From the NCBI RefSeq assembly GCF_000012465.1, contig NC_007335.2, positions 750,001 to 782,000 on the forward strand: a stretch of DNA of 32,000 bases, given 5' to 3'. The position numbers and the translations under genes were made by a program. Below the pieces are notes generated by a model. It was not told the DNA's origin. It was given only the letters and a program-made list of their open reading frames with translations, and ran no database searches. Shown in pieces: positions 29,647-32,000 of the stretch. Position 1 is the stretch's first letter. Every line of letters begins with the position of its first letter. The DNA is from Prochlorococcus marinus str. NATL2A (GTDB taxonomy: Bacteria; Cyanobacteriota; Cyanobacteriia; PCC-6307; Cyanobiaceae).

Positions 29647-30033
29647 TTAAATATCAAAAGGATTACCAGCTTGTGTGTCTAATCCTTTAAAATATTTTCC
29701 AAATTGTGCGTTATATACTTCGTCCTCATCTTGAGTCTCGCATTCCAATGGTCCAATAGCTTTTGAAACACATAACAATCCGTATCCCTTGTCCCTCATC
29801 TCTTTAGATAGACCAATACAAGCTTGTTGATCCATTTGTCCTGAAATTATTTTAACTGCGCACTCAGAACAACATCCATTTCTGCAAGAGAATGGCAATG
29901 TGTCTCCAATTATTTGTCCATTTTCATCTTTTGATTCAAAATTTCTCAATATATACTCACCTTCAGGGACATCAAAAGTATATGTTTTTCCCTCCTGTTT
30001 ATGATGAATAGTTATCTGGTGAATTGGTTTCAT
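29647..30033 (-). CDS. Plant-type [2Fe-2S] ferredoxin-like protein (long form, 128 aa)
   Basis: The cluster motif is C-x4-C-x2-C ... C (FSCRNGCCSECAVKI ... GYGLLC). It lies 7 nt downstream of ycf54 on the same strand. Confidence 0.85.
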   Translation of the reverse strand: MKPIHQITIHHKQEGKTYTFDVPEGEYILRNFESKDENGQIIGDTLPFSCRNGCCSECAVKIISGQMDQQACIGLSKEMRDKGYGLLCVSKAIGPLECETQDEDEVYNAQFGKYFKGLDTQAGNPFDI

Positions 30034-30040
30034 TGAATAT

Positions 30041-30376
30041 CTATTTCGGCGGTGTTATATCTCTTCTTTCTGGAGGTTCAGGGGGCTGACTTGCATGTTG
30101 CCAAAGCTCTTCAATATCTAATGTTTTAGTTAACCTTTCCCCACCAAATCGAAGTTTTAACCAAGCAATCGTTGTTGAATCTTCCGCTATAACTGCTTCA
30201 TAACCTTCTTCTTCAGTGATTTTGAATTTGTTAACTAATAAAGAATTTAAGAACCACATAGGATAGTCCGCACCTTTGCGACTCCTTCTCTCATGAAAGG
30301 ATTCTCTTAATTGTCCATTACCCTGTAATTGACCTTCTGGGGCTAGAAGAACATTTAGGGTTTTGGTCTCCGACAT
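30041..30376 (-). CDS. ycf54: Ycf54-like protein (DUF2488), auxiliary factor of the AcsF cyclase
   Basis: 111 aa. It resembles Synechocystis Ycf54 as I recall it (ERRSRKGADYPMWFL, like ERRRDYGEKNKEIDFW, and IAWLKLRF, like IVWVKLRL). It carries a Pro-rich C-terminal tail. Confidence 0.65.
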   Translation of the reverse strand: MSETKTLNVLLAPEGQLQGNGQLRESFHERRSRKGADYPMWFLNSLLVNKFKITEEEGYEAVIAEDSTTIAWLKLRFGGERLTKTLDIEELWQHASQPPEPPERRDITPPK

Positions 30377-30575
30377 TATTTAAGAATCAAAAATGGTCTT
30401 GATCTTAGGCGTGATATTTCCTAGGACCTTAATCAAATAACTTTAGTAAAAGGAATTACGTAGACGGAAATTGTTTGATAGATCTTCACAAGATTTTCTT
30501 GATTATCTGTAAGTAATCTTTCTAATTATTTAAAAGGTCTATATATAAGGTTTTTCTTAATTGATAATTGATTAT

Positions 30576-30794
30576 TTAAGCCTCTTTTTTGGGTGCCTCA
30601 GCTTTTGCTTTTAGAGCCTCAGCTTCTGCTGCTTTCTTAGCTTCTTCAAATTCAATTCTGTTTTGTAGTTGCCCTGAAGCTCTCATCCAATCGTTAACAC
30701 TAGCTTCCTTGCCAGCGGCTTCACATTCCTCTTGATACTTCAAGAATGGATACCAATGATGAGTTGCATTCTTGGAATCTGTAAAATTAGTCAA
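30576..30794 (-). CDS. Small hypothetical protein, 72 aa, with an Ala/Lys/Glu-rich C-terminus
   Basis: The N-terminal half is protein-like (HHWYPFLKYQEECEAAGKEASVNDWMRASG). No family recognised. Confidence 0.45.
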   Translation of the reverse strand: MTNFTDSKNATHHWYPFLKYQEECEAAGKEASVNDWMRASGQLQNRIEFEEAKKAAEAEALKAKAEAPKKEA

Positions 30795-30930
30795 TTTCTT
30801 AAGTATTCAATGAGTTGATTATCGCATCATATTTTCTTCTTTTGGCAGCATATTAATTTTTTATAGTAATAGTTCAAACCTTAGTTGTACTTATTACTCT
30901 TAATTCGTTTTGAATAGAAATCTGATTTTA

Positions 30931-31794
30931 ATGAAACTAGCTTTTATTGGTCTTGGCGCTATTGGGAAGCCTATGTCTGAGCGTCTTATTGATAATGGAT
31001 ATGATTTGAATATATATAAGAGAGATAAACTAAAGAATAATGATCCAAAAAAATATTTTGTTGACCCTATAGAGGCTGTTACTGACTGCGATGGACTCTT
31101 GATTTGCGTTACTGATGATAATGCGGTTGAATCTGTTCTATTTGGTGATAATGGTGTAGCAGACTCACTAAAGCCTAAATCTTTTGTGATTGATTTCTCT
31201 ACAATAAGTCCTAATAAATCAATCTCTATACATAAGAGATTGTCCAAAAAAAATATCTTTTATGTTGACTGTCCAGTTTCAGGGGGGACAGAGGGGGCTT
31301 ATAAAGGTTCACTGTCTTTGTTTATTGGTGCAAGCAAAAAAGAGTGTTTATCTTTTGAACATATATTTGAAGTCCTCGGCAAATCAATTAATTACTTTAA
31401 TGGCGTAGGTAAAGGTCAACAAGTCAAAGCTCTTAATCAAATATTAGTCGCAGGAACATATGCAGCAGTAGCCGAGGCAATGGAATTAGGGAAATTGCTT
31501 GATTTGCCCATGGATGATGTGGTTGCTGCTTTAAAAGTTGGAGCAGCTAATTCATGGCCATTAGAAAATAGATCAAAAGCAATGTTGATTGATAAACATC
31601 CCTTGGGATTCAAATTAGAGTTGCATCATAAGGATTTAGCTATTGCTATTGATCTGGCTAAATCTATAAATATTGATTTACCCATAGCTTCTAAAGTAAA
31701 AGAGATTGAGCAAAGATTAATGCAGGCTGGGTTAGGTGAATTAGATGTTTCTGTACTGCATAGATACATCTCTGGAGCAAAAAAAGAAGGCTAG
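30931..31794 (+). CDS. NAD(P)-dependent beta-hydroxyacid dehydrogenase (3-hydroxyisobutyrate / 2-hydroxy-3-oxopropionate reductase family)
   Basis: The N-terminal Rossmann motif is MKLAFIGLGAIGKPM. Other blocks are DCPVSGG and GKGQQVKALNQ. The track ORF begins at TTG 30910, but the ATG at 30931 fits the family N-terminus. Confidence 0.85.
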   Translation: MKLAFIGLGAIGKPMSERLIDNGYDLNIYKRDKLKNNDPKKYFVDPIEAVTDCDGLLICVTDDNAVESVLFGDNGVADSLKPKSFVIDFSTISPNKSISIHKRLSKKNIFYVDCPVSGGTEGAYKGSLSLFIGASKKECLSFEHIFEVLGKSINYFNGVGKGQQVKALNQILVAGTYAAVAEAMELGKLLDLPMDDVVAALKVGAANSWPLENRSKAMLIDKHPLGFKLELHHKDLAIAIDLAKSINIDLPIASKVKEIEQRLMQAGLGELDVSVLHRYISGAKKEG

Positions 31795-31892
31795 AATTAC
31801 TGCTAATATTAGATTTATGTTACTCATTTGTTTACAAATTGATTACTATATGCTAAGTTAAAAATAAGTTAAAAAATTATTTAGAATAAGTT

Positions 31893-32000
31893 ATGAAGCT
31901 AGGAAAGCAGCATGCAAAATTAATAAAGTTACAAAGTAAAGCTGAGTCTTGTCTTTCTCGCGATGAGGCACAGAAGATTATACGTAAAGCCGAAAAAACT
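31893..32000 (+). CDS. 5' part of an unidentified ORF that runs off the right edge (MKLGKQHAKLIKLQSKAESCLSREEAQKIIRKAEKT...)
   Basis: Open from ATG 31893 to the end of the window. It is too short to classify. Confidence 0.3.
   Translation, partial: MKLGKQHAKLIKLQSKAESCLSRDEAQKIIRKAEKT

Overview
AT-rich sequence (hand counts give about 21-43% G+C locally). Gene content identifies it as a high-light-clade Prochlorococcus-like marine picocyanobacterial chromosome: a pcb chlorophyll a/b antenna gene, acsF, ycf54, ycf36-like and ycf55-like genes, carB, hisA and proB. The window is densely packed with about 40 mostly core housekeeping or photosynthesis CDS and one RNA gene, an initiator tRNA-Met. 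I found no rRNA, CRISPR array, transposase, integrase or recognisable defence or toxin-antitoxin module, so I cannot point to a clear novel multi-gene system. The regions most worth a second look are listed here. (1) The tRNA-fMet locus (about 21.8-22.4 kb) has two decayed direct copies of the tRNA 3' half and a cluster of TGTACTT repeats. This looks like the scar of repeated site-specific integration, and it adjoins a low-density islet (19.6-21.9 kb) holding galE and orphan micro-ORFs. (2) A YqeG-type HAD phosphatase ORF has no ATG, GTG or TTG start. (3) acsF sits next to a ycf54-ferredoxin pair. (4) An iron and pigment neighbourhood holds an orphan FutC-like ATPase, ferritin with a Fur-box-like site, a GC-elevated Crp-family regulator, pcb and a Rieske oxygenase. 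(5) There are several perfect inverted repeats and an 0.8 kb AT-rich non-coding gap. All functional calls rest on my own reading of the translated ORFs and motifs. No database search was run.
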